A stretch of DNA of 39,123 nucleotides from positions 1-39,123 of the IMG/VR virus record IMGVR_UViG_3300027667_000001; one strand, given 5' to 3'. A program made the position numbers and the translations under genes. The notes beneath the pieces were generated by a model. That model had not been told where the DNA came from and made no database searches. It saw only the letters and a program-made list of their open reading frames with translations. Position 1 is the first letter of the stretch; the number at the start of each line of letters is the position of its first letter. The DNA comes from a virus. Shown here one piece after another: positions 23,322-33,115 of the stretch.

Positions 23322-24901
23322 AAAATTATCTCCGCAACGCCATCTTTTACAACAAAGCGTTGATATCCCCAAAATCGTAGTTGTATGGTAAATTCGTTTG
23401 CATCGCCCATTCGCCACCATCTAATTTGATTTCGGTATTTCCCTCTTGAATTTAATTCTTTTCCGACGATATTACTAAATGATTGATTGCCGTTTTTAGA
23501 AAATGACATATCAACGCGCGGTATATTAAAGACTTCAATACAAGAACCCGTTTGTGAAAGCATAGGAATGCCTAACTCTGTGACAATCGCATTCCCGCCT
23601 ATCTCTGTAATTAATAATCCATCGCAGACGATATTGTCAGGCGATATTAAGTAAGTGTCTGTAACGCCCTGCTCTATCCAAAAGGTAAACTGACCCACTC
23701 TAAAACGTGCAGAATCATCTAACCGAATGGATTTACAAATCCGTATTCTTGGGATGACATCGCCTGTTGAATGGGTGTTTAAGTTGTAGTTATAAGTAAT
23801 AAATTCCGTTGCCATTTGATAGATACTGGCATCTGTCAACGATACAAAATATATCTTTCGATTAAAATAAACGACTTGCCTTGCAGGATGAAAATCAAGG
23901 TCTTCATTGGAGACATGAAAAAACTTTTTGGTATTAAAGTCATAAATTAAAGAAAGATTATCGTTTGGGTCAAAGAAAGTAATTTGATAGAACAAATGCC
24001 CATCTTCTTTAAAGAAAAAAGCGGTTGACTTTTCAGGATGGGAAAGCGCACCCAATATATGGTCAATACCATCTGTTGATATTTCCTCAATGGACGCACC
24101 ATTAGTTACAAAAATGACCGGTGAATTGTTTTCATTTTGACCAAGCCAACAAACAAATTGGTCATTGGCCGCAATCGTTGAAACAGCAACCACACCGCTA
24201 TCAATATTAAAAGATTGAACACGCCTGTAATTTTCAAGGTCACCCACCTGTGTCCAAACTTCTGCAACTGTCGTACCAAACACAATAACGTTATTGCCTT
24301 TGCCTGGTACACGCTTTACAGCAACAGCACTATCAGGTTTCGTTTGTAAGCTAAATTGCGTATTAAGTGATATGGTCGTATCAGATGCTCTTTCAAATGC
24401 GTACCAATTTTGCGAATTATCACTGACCGTTGAAGAGCCTATTAAAAAGAAAGTATTATGATAAGAAACATAACTGGGAATAATAGGAAGCCCTAAGAAA
24501 GTTAATGTCTGCTTAGTTAAGGTATTATTAGTGTAGTTGTAAATATAGGCTGCTTGGCCGTCGACAATGCAAATTTGCTCACTTAAATTTTCATCAATAA
24601 AGACTTCGCCGGTCGTAGTATCCAAATTTCCTATAAATTGAGGCGCTAAATTGGTTTGTAATTTATAAACAGAGCTTGATACAACGGCGATTAGAAATTG
24701 ACCGCGCACAGAATGATATAACGCTCGTCCTTCGCCTCTTGGCAAAATCTCTGAGACTTTTTGAAACCCTGCGTAATTAACCATCCAGTCATCAGAAATA
24801 AACATATTGTATGTTTTTTCCAATGAAATCTTAGGGTAGCGTCCAAAAATGGAGCTTCCGACCACATTAACGGGTACATTTTGCGCTTTACTAACCGGCA
24901 T
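23318..24901 (-). CDS. Tail hub / packaged-DNA stabilisation protein (P22 gp10-like)
   Basis: By size, by position after the adaptor, and by loose N- and C-terminal pattern similarity to P22 gp10 as remembered (..RG..Y......VY.. and a C-terminal ..W.R.G......F.L). Confidence 0.45.
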   Translation of the reverse strand: MPVSKAQNVPVNVVGSSIFGRYPKISLEKTYNMFISDDWMVNYAGFQKVSEILPRGEGRALYHSVRGQFLIAVVSSSVYKLQTNLAPQFIGNLDTTTGEVFIDENLSEQICIVDGQAAYIYNYTNNTLTKQTLTFLGLPIIPSYVSYHNTFFLIGSSTVSDNSQNWYAFERASDTTISLNTQFSLQTKPDSAVAVKRVPGKGNNVIVFGTTVAEVWTQVGDLENYRRVQSFNIDSGVVAVSTIAANDQFVCWLGQNENNSPVIFVTNGASIEEISTDGIDHILGALSHPEKSTAFFFKEDGHLFYQITFFDPNDNLSLIYDFNTKKFFHVSNEDLDFHPARQVVYFNRKIYFVSLTDASIYQMATEFITYNYNLNTHSTGDVIPRIRICKSIRLDDSARFRVGQFTFWIEQGVTDTYLISPDNIVCDGLLITEIGGNAIVTELGIPMLSQTGSCIEVFNIPRVDMSFSKNGNQSFSNIVGKELNSRGKYRNQIRWWRMGDANEFTIQLRFWGYQRFVVKDGVAEIIL

Positions 24902-24917
24902 TCCTTTACCTTTCCCT

Positions 24918-25628
24918 TTAGCTTGGTGTTACCCATCCATGGCCTAAATTTATGAAGCCATAATTAAATGTTCCACGTTTTTGCAATGTAGATGTCTTAC
25001 CAATACGCAAATCAAGAAGTCTTGAATTTTTATTAATAAAGGCTTCGTATTTTCCTAATTGCCTTATGACATTATCCGGTGTTGTATAGGCATATTCTGC
25101 ACAAATCCTATCTGCCAAAGCATAGTGTAGATAGGTAGTATAAAATTCATCTAACGTTAAACTTAAATCTTGACCCAAAGAAACGCTAGGTATCCTAAAA
25201 ACACCGTGTATTTCCATGGGGTAGTTTCTATCTGGCTGAAAGTAAATATATAAATTACCTCCTCCAAATTGTCGCTCAAAATACCATTCAAAAGGTAAGG
25301 TTTGGATATTTTCAACGCGGCTCGTTCCAAAATACGCATTTCTTTTCTCATACTTCATCGCATAACGTACGGCATCAAGAAAGAATACGAGCGTATCTAT
25401 TTGAATAAGATTTGGTATGGAATAAATTTCTTGACCCACTACAAAGTTTGCGTTGTACGTGGTTTCGTAGGGAATCATGCTCTCATTAACGGTTTTTTCA
25501 GTAATGATATTATTAAGCCATACAAGACCATCGCCAACTTGAGAACCGCTTACCGTTTCAAATTCGCGAGAGACTACGCCAGCCGCATAATACGAGCTAG
25601 AAATTAATTGATTCGTTGTATAGGCCAT
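24918..25628 (-). CDS. Head-to-tail adaptor (P22 gp4-like slot)
   Basis: By position between the coat/decoration genes and the hub. The N-terminal helix pattern is QLISSSYYAAGVV.... Confidence 0.4.
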   Translation of the reverse strand: MAYTTNQLISSSYYAAGVVSREFETVSGSQVGDGLVWLNNIITEKTVNESMIPYETTYNANFVVGQEIYSIPNLIQIDTLVFFLDAVRYAMKYEKRNAYFGTSRVENIQTLPFEWYFERQFGGGNLYIYFQPDRNYPMEIHGVFRIPSVSLGQDLSLTLDEFYTTYLHYALADRICAEYAYTTPDNVIRQLGKYEAFINKNSRLLDLRIGKTSTLQKRGTFNYGFINLGHGWVTPS

Positions 25629-25649
25629 AGCCGCTCCCTTGGCTTAAAT

Positions 25650-25671
25650 AAAGCCCTCCGAAGAGGGCTTT
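25650..25671 (-). terminator. Intrinsic terminator (TTCG-loop hairpin) after the 247-aa structural gene
   Basis: aaagccctc-ttcg-gagggcttt followed by ATTTAA on the minus strand. Confidence 0.55.
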
Positions 25672-25676
25672 TGTCC

Positions 25677-26420
25677 TTAAGAGATAATGTCTTTATAGCC
25701 AGTTGTTAACAATGTTAATGTGTCCCCGCTAGCCACTTTGTATAGCACTTTAGGAACGCCACTATCAAGCTGACAAGGAACTAGGATACTTCCTACTTGA
25801 GCGCCCGCCACCCCTGTACCAAATCTTACAATACCGTTTGAAGCGCTTGATCCGAAAGGCAAAAATTCAGCGACTTCGGTTGCGCCATCTGGCGTAAAGG
25901 TAATATCAAACAATACTTCAGTTGCAATGGGAGGTACGGACGTTGCAACATCAATGGCTGCAAATGTTGTTGATGAACCACCTGATAGTTCACTGATACC
26001 GACATCGTAGTAGTACGTTCTTTCTTCACCATTGCCATATTGCCAAAATTGCAAAATATTGGCTGATCCATCGGTTAATACCCAGCCAACACGTCGGAAC
26101 ATATCATAGCCACCTGGAAGATTAGGCGTTGTAGCGCTCAAGGATAATAAACCAGCTACTGGTTGATAATCGGTTGAATCGCCAATGACATAAACCGCAT
26201 AAAAGCTACTCAAAACGATTGCGGCAACATCGACACCATTTGCGCCCACATTTGCGCCATTGATACTAACTAAGGCACTCAACGTAATATCATTCGTATC
26301 GGTTGAATCACGGGCAGCGCCAGCAGCCATACTAATGATTTTAGCGGCTGTCTTTGAAATCCCTAATCCATTTACATACTTAAGACCTGCATTAACAATA
26401 GGGGAATTTGGATTTGACAT
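25677..26420 (-). CDS. Virion structural protein, possibly capsid decoration
   Basis: It lies directly downstream of the coat gene and is bracketed by two terminator-like hairpins. No family was recognised. Confidence 0.4.
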   Translation of the reverse strand: MSNPNSPIVNAGLKYVNGLGISKTAAKIISMAAGAARDSTDTNDITLSALVSINGANVGANGVDVAAIVLSSFYAVYVIGDSTDYQPVAGLLSLSATTPNLPGGYDMFRRVGWVLTDGSANILQFWQYGNGEERTYYYDVGISELSGGSSTTFAAIDVATSVPPIATEVLFDITFTPDGATEVAEFLPFGSSASNGIVRFGTGVAGAQVGSILVPCQLDSGVPKVLYKVASGDTLTLLTTGYKDIIS

Positions 26421-26448
26421 AACTAATTACTCCATTAAATTAAGTTAA

Positions 26449-26466
26449 GGGGCGATTGCTCGCCCC
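26449..26466 (-). terminator. GC-rich hairpin after the coat gene (partial terminator)
   Basis: ggggcga-ttgc-tcgcccc, followed by a T-rich sequence on the minus strand. Confidence 0.45.
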
Positions 26467-26471
26467 ACGTA

Positions 26472-27716
26472 TTATTTAGGCAAAGCAACCATCATGGCGT
26501 ACTCATCAACCAATGTTTTACCCCAGATGACGTCATGCACCATGCCTCTCTGGTTCTGACCGAAGAGAGAGCCGTAGTATTGACGAATAGATGCGCCACT
26601 ATCAGGGTCTTGCTGTACCGATGTGGGATATGGCACTTCATCAGGCAGTTTTGGCATCGCCAGGAACAATGGGTTACCGGCCATAATTAACCCGCAACGA
26701 TGGTCAGGTAATACAGTCACCTGCATACCGGCCACAATTGGCGTATTAATATTTTGGTTTTTACCGGCTGCTGCTTGAAGTGCTGGGAAGATATCAACGG
26801 TTACTTGAGAACCTGCCGTACTTGCCGCGTCAGCAGTTGCTCTAAATTGCACCGGAGATTGTGAAACCACATGACCTATAAAGGTACGAAAACGTAAATC
26901 AGTTTTGCCAGCTACACCATCGCTAAACTGAAATTTATCGTAGGCCTTAACAGAATTGGCATCGCTTGCCGCACTTGTACCGCTAAAGGTTATCTGAATA
27001 ACGCCGCCATCTGCATTAGTAACAACGCTCACAACCGTTAGGGTAGTGCCAGCGTTTCCTTCCGTACCAGCATCATGCGTTGTGAGTAAGTTAGATTGAT
27101 ACCAGTCGCAGTTTGAAAACTTACCTATTTCCCAACTCATCATCTCGCGGTTATTTTTATCAATGGTGAATTGATTTAAACCGGAATTGACGACCTGCGG
27201 GAAGGTAAGGTCAGACAGGTAACCCATCGTATTATCCTTAGCTGCGCTGAAGTTACGGAAAAATGCTAGGGCATTAGCTAACTGCAAATAGGTAGATATG
27301 GGGGTTATACCGTCACCATAAAAACGAAACGTATTCGTCTCGGCTAATGCGGCAATATCAGTTTCGACCTGCGTACCAATTTCAGCAATGGCAGATTTAC
27401 CAAAAACATTCATGTAATCCCGAACGTTGAAGATAAATTGCTGTGCGGTAAATTCGTAAGCGGTAGACGCCTGTTTGTTAACCGTCAATTGTTGAACGCG
27501 CTGTTCAGCCGATTGGAAAGACACAACCAAACTGTTAGTCGTTGTAAAACGTGGTGGCAAATCAAACGAAACGGTATCGCCTAAGTTCTTAGGAATATCA
27601 TCGTTAAAACGCTGAAACTTCTTATTGGACGTGCTAATAAACGCAAAGCTGTTAAGCAGTAATGCGAGGTTTGACTCGTTATAGGTAATAACTTGCTGCA
27701 ATATATTTGTTGGCAT
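26472..27716 (-). CDS. Major capsid (coat) protein, P22-coat-like
   Basis: 414 aa, immediately after the scaffold gene. No family motif was confirmed; the P22-coat likeness rests on size, gene order and loose resemblance by eye. Confidence 0.7.
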   Translation of the reverse strand: MPTNILQQVITYNESNLALLLNSFAFISTSNKKFQRFNDDIPKNLGDTVSFDLPPRFTTTNSLVVSFQSAEQRVQQLTVNKQASTAYEFTAQQFIFNVRDYMNVFGKSAIAEIGTQVETDIAALAETNTFRFYGDGITPISTYLQLANALAFFRNFSAAKDNTMGYLSDLTFPQVVNSGLNQFTIDKNNREMMSWEIGKFSNCDWYQSNLLTTHDAGTEGNAGTTLTVVSVVTNADGGVIQITFSGTSAASDANSVKAYDKFQFSDGVAGKTDLRFRTFIGHVVSQSPVQFRATADAASTAGSQVTVDIFPALQAAAGKNQNINTPIVAGMQVTVLPDHRCGLIMAGNPLFLAMPKLPDEVPYPTSVQQDPDSGASIRQYYGSLFGQNQRGMVHDVIWGKTLVDEYAMMVALPK

Positions 27717-27778
27717 TGCAAAACTCCCTTTTCAAAAGAAAATGTTTTGCAACGACAAGAAACGATGACGACCCTGAC

Positions 27779-28483
27779 TTAGCCTTTAAGCCATGGTTGA
27801 TTTCTTAAATCCCGAATACTCGCCTTGCCGTTGCTCCCTGAAACGCGGGAAGATTGCAAACGGTCAAGAGGAGCGGCGACTTGACTAGAATTTTCGTCAG
27901 ATTGTGCTTGTCTGTTTTCAGCAATCGAGCGTGATAGCTTTAACAATTCAGCTTGTGCCTGTCGTGGGTTCTTTTCAGCTAGCCTATCAAGTCCAGCGAG
28001 CTTTAATGGGTTACGTGAAAGGTCATAGATAACATCCGCAGCATTATCAATCCCAGCAACAAGATATGTCAGTTGTGGAAACGCTGCGGCGTCAAAATCC
28101 TTTGTAACTTCATCAAAGTCGTCATAAGCGGTTTTGCCTTGGGCCATTTTGGAAAGATAGGAATCTGAAACGCTCGCAATATGATCCTTGATACGTCGTT
28201 GTTCCATTTCCTCATTAAATCTTTCCTGCACTTGTTGGTAGATAGCATTTGCATCAACATCACGCGGTACATTTTCATTACGTTGTGTTTGTTGTTGCTG
28301 TTGGGCTTTGATAGCTTCCAACTCCCTTTGATGCCGTTCTTCCAGTTCGCGCTGAACCTGGGCAGCCTGGTATGTTTTGTGCTTAATAATCTTGTCAACT
28401 TGGGATTGAGAAAGCATTTTTTCTTTCTCAGTCTCCATAACTGGATTATCTAAAGCACTATCCGTAACTTGATTCTCGTCCAT
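27779..28483 (-). CDS. Scaffolding protein
   Basis: Q/E/R-rich coiled coil (QRELEERHQRELEAIKAQQQQQTQ) between the portal and coat genes. An ATG at 28483 is preferred over the TTG at 28489. Confidence 0.6.
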   Translation of the reverse strand: MDENQVTDSALDNPVMETEKEKMLSQSQVDKIIKHKTYQAAQVQRELEERHQRELEAIKAQQQQQTQRNENVPRDVDANAIYQQVQERFNEEMEQRRIKDHIASVSDSYLSKMAQGKTAYDDFDEVTKDFDAAAFPQLTYLVAGIDNAADVIYDLSRNPLKLAGLDRLAEKNPRQAQAELLKLSRSIAENRQAQSDENSSQVAAPLDRLQSSRVSGSNGKASIRDLRNQPWLKG

Positions 28484-28658
28484 TTTCAAAATTCCCTTTT
28501 TTCACTATTGACCCGTGTGACAGCGGTAAAGCCTCTTTGTCGATGAGTTCGCCCATTTTTCCGCATGGATGCGTGTAACCCAGGATTTAAAATGCCTGGT
28601 CATTTCCCTTATATGTCCTATAAATAAAGTATATACCTTCCTAAAAAATACTCAATAT

Positions 28659-28763
28659 CTACTTCATGCTGCCTTTTTTAACCATCTTCTTAATCAACTT
28701 TTTATCTTCTTTTATATCGGAATGTTTTTCTTTCCTTTTATTTCCCTTTTCTTTTCGCTTCAT
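28659..28763 (-). CDS. Very small lysine-rich protein (34 aa)
   Basis: AGGAGA 6 nt upstream of the ATG at 28763. The sequence is MKRKEKGNKRKEKHSDIKEDKKLIKKMVKKGSMK. Confidence 0.4.
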   Translation of the reverse strand: MKRKEKGNKRKEKHSDIKEDKKLIKKMVKKGSMK

Positions 28764-28818
28764 ATCCTTATCTCCTATTGTAAAATCGCGTGTATTTAAT
28801 TTATAAAATCGCGGACTA

Positions 28819-28962
28819 CTATTTTCTCTTTTTCTTTCCTCGTGTTTCGCTATATGCAATCGCTACCGCTTGAGATTGTTTTTTTCCTGCATCCATCTCA
28901 GCCTTAACATTAGCTGAAAATCCTTTACGACTTTTGGCTTTAGCGCCTTTAACTAATGGCAT
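28819..28962 (-). CDS. Small basic protein (47 aa; DUF6496-like pattern)
   Basis: MPLVKGAKAKSRKGFSANVKAEMDAGKKQSQAVAIAYSETRGKKKRK, with GAGAGG upstream of the internal ATG. Confidence 0.45.
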   Translation of the reverse strand: MPLVKGAKAKSRKGFSANVKAEMDAGKKQSQAVAIAYSETRGKKKRK

Positions 28963-29230
28963 CTCTATTTTCCTCTCGGTTGCAAAGTGGTTCAAAAACT
29001 TTTGTGAGGGCTTCATTGAGCGAATCGGCATATTGATTTATTTCCTCTTCCTTTTCCTTTGTTTTTTTTGCTGACGCTATAAAAGCATAACTATTCATTA
29101 ATAATTGAAAATTTGCCTCATTATAGGTATTAACTTGCTTTAAAAGTTCTTGCTTTCTAACCCTTCTCCATCTAAATATTGAAAATATAGATAAAAACTT
29201 TTTCAATAAAAAACATATTTTGTTATACAT
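28949..29230 (-). pseudogene. ORF containing a diverged copy of the coat-protein N-terminal arm (remnant, or a small N-arm mimic)
   Basis: LLKQVNTYNEANFQLLMNSYAFIASAKK compares with coat residues ILQQVITYNESNLALLLNSFAFISTSNKK. DNA identity is also visible (gcaagtta.tacctataa.gag). Confidence 0.4.
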
Positions 29231-29234
29231 ATCC

Positions 29235-29441
29235 CTATTTCTTCCTCATTTTCTTGAAAGTCTCAGCCAAAACAGCTTGCTTTCGAGTTTTCGGATTCTT
29301 ACTATGCTCAGCCTTTTCAAGTTTAGCTTCTGGTATTTTATGGCCTTCTTTTATACCTAATTTCTTTCTGAGCGCGCCTTTTTTGATATCTGCCCCCTGA
29401 ATCCATTTTTTACCTTCTTCTTTATTCTTACGCTCCTTCAT
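29235..29441 (-). CDS. Small basic protein (68 aa; DUF3008-like pattern)
   Basis: WIQGADIKKGALRKKLGIKEGHKIPEAKLEKAEHSKNPKTRKQAVLAETFKKMRKK. Confidence 0.5.
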   Translation of the reverse strand: MKERKNKEEGKKWIQGADIKKGALRKKLGIKEGHKIPEAKLEKAEHSKNPKTRKQAVLAETFKKMRKK

Positions 29442-31560
29442 GTTCCATTTCTCCCTTTGAAGTTTCGTGTATATGCTTGCTGATATTTAACACGGATTCA
29501 ACAGCAGTACGACTATTTTCTGCATCAATTTCAGCGAGTTTTAGTTCATTTTCAACATCAGCATTACGAATTTTGCTCATCACTTCAAGAAATTTTGTTT
29601 CAGAATCTCGTTCTTTAAGAGAAAGGTTTGCCGCATCTGTTTGAGACTTTTGTTGAATGGCCATGACTTCAATTTGCGCTTGCGTTGGCGATTGTAATTC
29701 TTTTTGCGCCTGTTGCATCGCCATAGTCTGCTGCTGTGCCTGCATTTGCATTTGTTGCATTTGCTGCTTTTGAGCTACTTGCTGTTGTTGCTGTACTTTC
29801 TGTTGAAACTCTTGTGATTTTTCCTTTAAGTCGTCTATGCCGCGTATGTCGATATTATCTAACAATACAGGTAACCCATATTCATTAAAAAATTGTGCAA
29901 AGACAGGGGAAGCTTGAGAAAGCGATACAATAGTTTGCAAGGCAATTTCTTTTTGCATGGCAAAGTTAACACCCATTTCAACCTTTACTTCCAAGTTATT
30001 AGGGTCATAGTTCATGTACAACGACCCTTTCTTGTTGATTTCAAAATACTCACGCTTTCCATCAGGAAGGAGAACAGGCAGGCTTCTAGGCGTTCTATAA
30101 TATTTTGGCATCATATCGAGATAAACTTGCGCGGCACGATTAAAACCCTTGTATACCCCACACATAAAAGGAAGTGAGGCAATATTGCTTTGCATGTTAC
30201 TACGCGCAAAGGCAATCCCTGACATCTGACCATTATTTTGACCTGCGGCTCCATCGTAACTTCCTAGAATAACTTGTGTCATCTCATCCGACGTTCTAAA
30301 GGCCTCCATAATCTGCGGTGGTATAGGTGTCCTTACAATTTCCCTTGGAGGTGGTAATGTGACAGTTGGGTTATTCGTATCCAGGAAATGATTGTAAATA
30401 AGTGTATCGGCCTTTTGGACATTTTGATAAGCGGTTTGATAATCGGTTGGAATAGATTCAAGAGCGACAACAAATTTATGCTGTATCGTATTTTCAAGTT
30501 CATTACCCAGCGATTGTCCGGCCAAATTCTTAAGCCTTTGTATCCCCATCGCATGGTATACATAAGGCCGTGTCATCTGAGTATAGGAGCCGCCTTCTTT
30601 AATATTGATACTATTACCGTCTACAAATATAAGCGGTAAGTATTTGAAATTGGTTTCACAAACATCGAGTAATGCGCTTTCACAAAAACGATAACGCATG
30701 ATTTTTTCGATAAACGTTTTTCTTTTTTTAACAGGCGCGGGAGGTTGCTCAATCATCCCTGATTCTTCCCACTCTTTTAAGAATTTATCGTATTCCTTCT
30801 CAGTTACCGAATGACCATTGGATAATTTAATAATCGTTTCTTTTTTACATTGTTTTTCGTAATAATCACAAACGAGGACAATTTCTTCCTGTTCATTTTG
30901 AAAAGACCAATCAAATCCAGAAAGCGAGCGCGTAAACTTCATATCCTCTGTAATCTTTGATCCGAACTCGTCCTCAAATTCCTTACGGGTCATGGGATGA
31001 AGTTCACCGCAAAAACGACCGTCTCCCTTATGGGAATCTCTTGACAAAGGGTCAAAAACACAAAGCGTTGGGTCAAATGCTCGCTCAATACAAATATTTT
31101 GTTCAAAACTCATCTCATTGACATAATCGGTATAGACTCGAAGAACCGAAAAGCCACCTGCCAGCAAATCTGAATAAATGTTGTATTGGAGCATGTCATT
31201 GGTGCCGTCAAAGAAGACAGCGCGCAAATGCGCTTCAACTACCTCTATTGTGGCATTGAATTGTTTGTCGAGCATGGAAAGCGGCACGCCATCGGCTGCA
31301 CGAACCGTTAATGATGGTTGTTGTTTAGCAAATTCCCCACGAAGGCGAGAGATATAAGCTTCAAGGATATTAAATTCAATGGTTGGCATCCCTCTGTCGG
31401 CCAACGTTCCCATTTCCATATCATCAAGAGAGGTTTTAAAGACAAATTTTGTAAACTTTTCGTAACGCTCAACATTGTCATTAAAATATTGCTGCGCTTC
31501 TTCAACCGATTTTTTAAGTTCTTTTAATCTATCCGTATGCTTTTTAGCGATGTCTGCCAT
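29428..31560 (-). CDS. Portal protein, P22-type with a Q-rich C-terminal coiled-coil barrel
   Basis: 710 aa, directly after terL. VLRVYTDY...ERAFDP...FDPLSRDSHKGDGRFC parallels P22 gp1 WRLVTDY...IWDSNSK..DKSDARHC. The C-terminus has QQKVQQQQQVAQKQQMQQMQMQAQQQ. Confidence 0.85.
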   Translation of the reverse strand: MADIAKKHTDRLKELKKSVEEAQQYFNDNVERYEKFTKFVFKTSLDDMEMGTLADRGMPTIEFNILEAYISRLRGEFAKQQPSLTVRAADGVPLSMLDKQFNATIEVVEAHLRAVFFDGTNDMLQYNIYSDLLAGGFSVLRVYTDYVNEMSFEQNICIERAFDPTLCVFDPLSRDSHKGDGRFCGELHPMTRKEFEDEFGSKITEDMKFTRSLSGFDWSFQNEQEEIVLVCDYYEKQCKKETIIKLSNGHSVTEKEYDKFLKEWEESGMIEQPPAPVKKRKTFIEKIMRYRFCESALLDVCETNFKYLPLIFVDGNSINIKEGGSYTQMTRPYVYHAMGIQRLKNLAGQSLGNELENTIQHKFVVALESIPTDYQTAYQNVQKADTLIYNHFLDTNNPTVTLPPPREIVRTPIPPQIMEAFRTSDEMTQVILGSYDGAAGQNNGQMSGIAFARSNMQSNIASLPFMCGVYKGFNRAAQVYLDMMPKYYRTPRSLPVLLPDGKREYFEINKKGSLYMNYDPNNLEVKVEMGVNFAMQKEIALQTIVSLSQASPVFAQFFNEYGLPVLLDNIDIRGIDDLKEKSQEFQQKVQQQQQVAQKQQMQQMQMQAQQQTMAMQQAQKELQSPTQAQIEVMAIQQKSQTDAANLSLKERDSETKFLEVMSKIRNADVENELKLAEIDAENSRTAVESVLNISKHIHETSKGEMEHEGA

Positions 31561-33094
31561 ATTGAGCGTCCCTTGCTCTTATTTTCCGTTGTAACAATTG
31601 ATTCATGTTATTAAGAATCTGTTGCCGCTCTCCCTGCTTATCCACATTAGAATATATCGTTTTTTCAATCAAAGCGATACGAATAGCATCTGAAAGCGTG
31701 TCGGCGATATCATCATGTCGATGTGTATTATTGGCCGTAATTTTACCCATGTGTTTAATACAAATATCAAGATGTTTTGCATACTTGGTAAATGAAATGA
31801 GCTTTGATGCGACAAAAGGTTGCATTTCAAGAAATCTCTGCGTCTTACTGCCAGATGCCACAGTTCGTTCAATCTGCCTAATCTGCATCCCTCGTAATTC
31901 TTGAAGAATGCTAACCAAGGTAACACCGGTAGATTTTTTCTCAATGGCTGCCAATAAAGGGGGTTTGGGATGAAGCACGCAATTGGCGTAAAAATCCATA
32001 AAATTTTCTTTTAAATCCTTGGGTTCTATGCGAATCTCCATACAATCTAGCCAATGAAGGCCAAGCTCTCCTGTCTTTCTTCCCATAGTTTCAATCTCAT
32101 AGACACCCCAAAAGCTAAAGACGGTCGCATCATTCCAGGATTTATCCGTTTCTGCGGTATCGGCTGTGATGAAAGTTACATGACATTTTGGCTCTTCATC
32201 TAACAATACAAACCATTCTGGCCTAAATAATCCGCCACCTGCCGGTAATGGGTCTTGTTGATATTGACTGGCAAAGACGTACGGGGATTTTTCCTGCAAA
32301 AGCAAGAGTTTTTCCTTTGGCATCATTTCAGGATAAAGGGCATTTCCGGCTTCATCCAATCCCTTGAGAATAGTTGAATGCCACTCATCTACGTCTTTGC
32401 CACTTAAAAAGAAATCTGTTAAATCGGCCTCATGGACTCTTTGGCCGATGTAAATGATGGGAACATTGATGCCGCGGCAACGTTGCCGGATGGTTTCATC
32501 ATAGTTATCAATGACCCCTTGTCGTATGGTATCGCTGTGTGCTTCATCTGGCTTATGGGCATCATCTAGTATTACGGCTCCTGTGAAGCGATTTAAGCCA
32601 GGCAAACCTGCATCCTGCCCTGTTATGGCTCCCCCTGAGCCAAAAGCCTTTATAGAGCCTCCCAGAGTGGTTTTAAACGAATCCTTGGCTCGACTGTCTG
32701 GGTCAATTTCAATATCGAACAAATAACGGTACATTTTGGATGAGACGACTGAACGAATAAAAGCCGTATGTTTACTGGCTAATTCATGCGAATAAGAGAT
32801 ATAGAGATAGTTAGCGTCAGGATAACTTGCCCATCCCCATGCCGCCCACATGCTGACCAGTGTTGATTTTCCGCAACCTGGCGGCAAATTGATAATTTCT
32901 CTTAGAACTTCAAGACGCATGGCCGATGTTAAGGCTCGGCAACAAGTGATGTGGTGTGATTCCCTTCCCACGGGTACGGATATGATAAATTTTCTACCTG
33001 TAATATACTCAAAAAAATAACGAGTAAATTCAAGCAATGAACCACGAAGTTTCGAGGCTTCCTGTTCTTTTTCATGATCTATTGTTGATGCCAT
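31544..33094 (-). CDS. terL: Terminase large subunit
   Basis: Walker A PPGCGKST and Walker B AVILDDAHKPDE, with a C-terminal RNaseH-like nuclease (ITADTAET...HDDIADTLSDA). It overlaps the portal start. Confidence 0.9.
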   Translation of the reverse strand: MASTIDHEKEQEASKLRGSLLEFTRYFFEYITGRKFIISVPVGRESHHITCCRALTSAMRLEVLREIINLPPGCGKSTLVSMWAAWGWASYPDANYLYISYSHELASKHTAFIRSVVSSKMYRYLFDIEIDPDSRAKDSFKTTLGGSIKAFGSGGAITGQDAGLPGLNRFTGAVILDDAHKPDEAHSDTIRQGVIDNYDETIRQRCRGINVPIIYIGQRVHEADLTDFFLSGKDVDEWHSTILKGLDEAGNALYPEMMPKEKLLLLQEKSPYVFASQYQQDPLPAGGGLFRPEWFVLLDEEPKCHVTFITADTAETDKSWNDATVFSFWGVYEIETMGRKTGELGLHWLDCMEIRIEPKDLKENFMDFYANCVLHPKPPLLAAIEKKSTGVTLVSILQELRGMQIRQIERTVASGSKTQRFLEMQPFVASKLISFTKYAKHLDICIKHMGKITANNTHRHDDIADTLSDAIRIALIEKTIYSNVDKQGERQQILNNMNQLLQRKIRARDAQYGRHR

Positions 33095-33115
33095 CCCTGG
33101 CTTTTTCCTTAAAAA

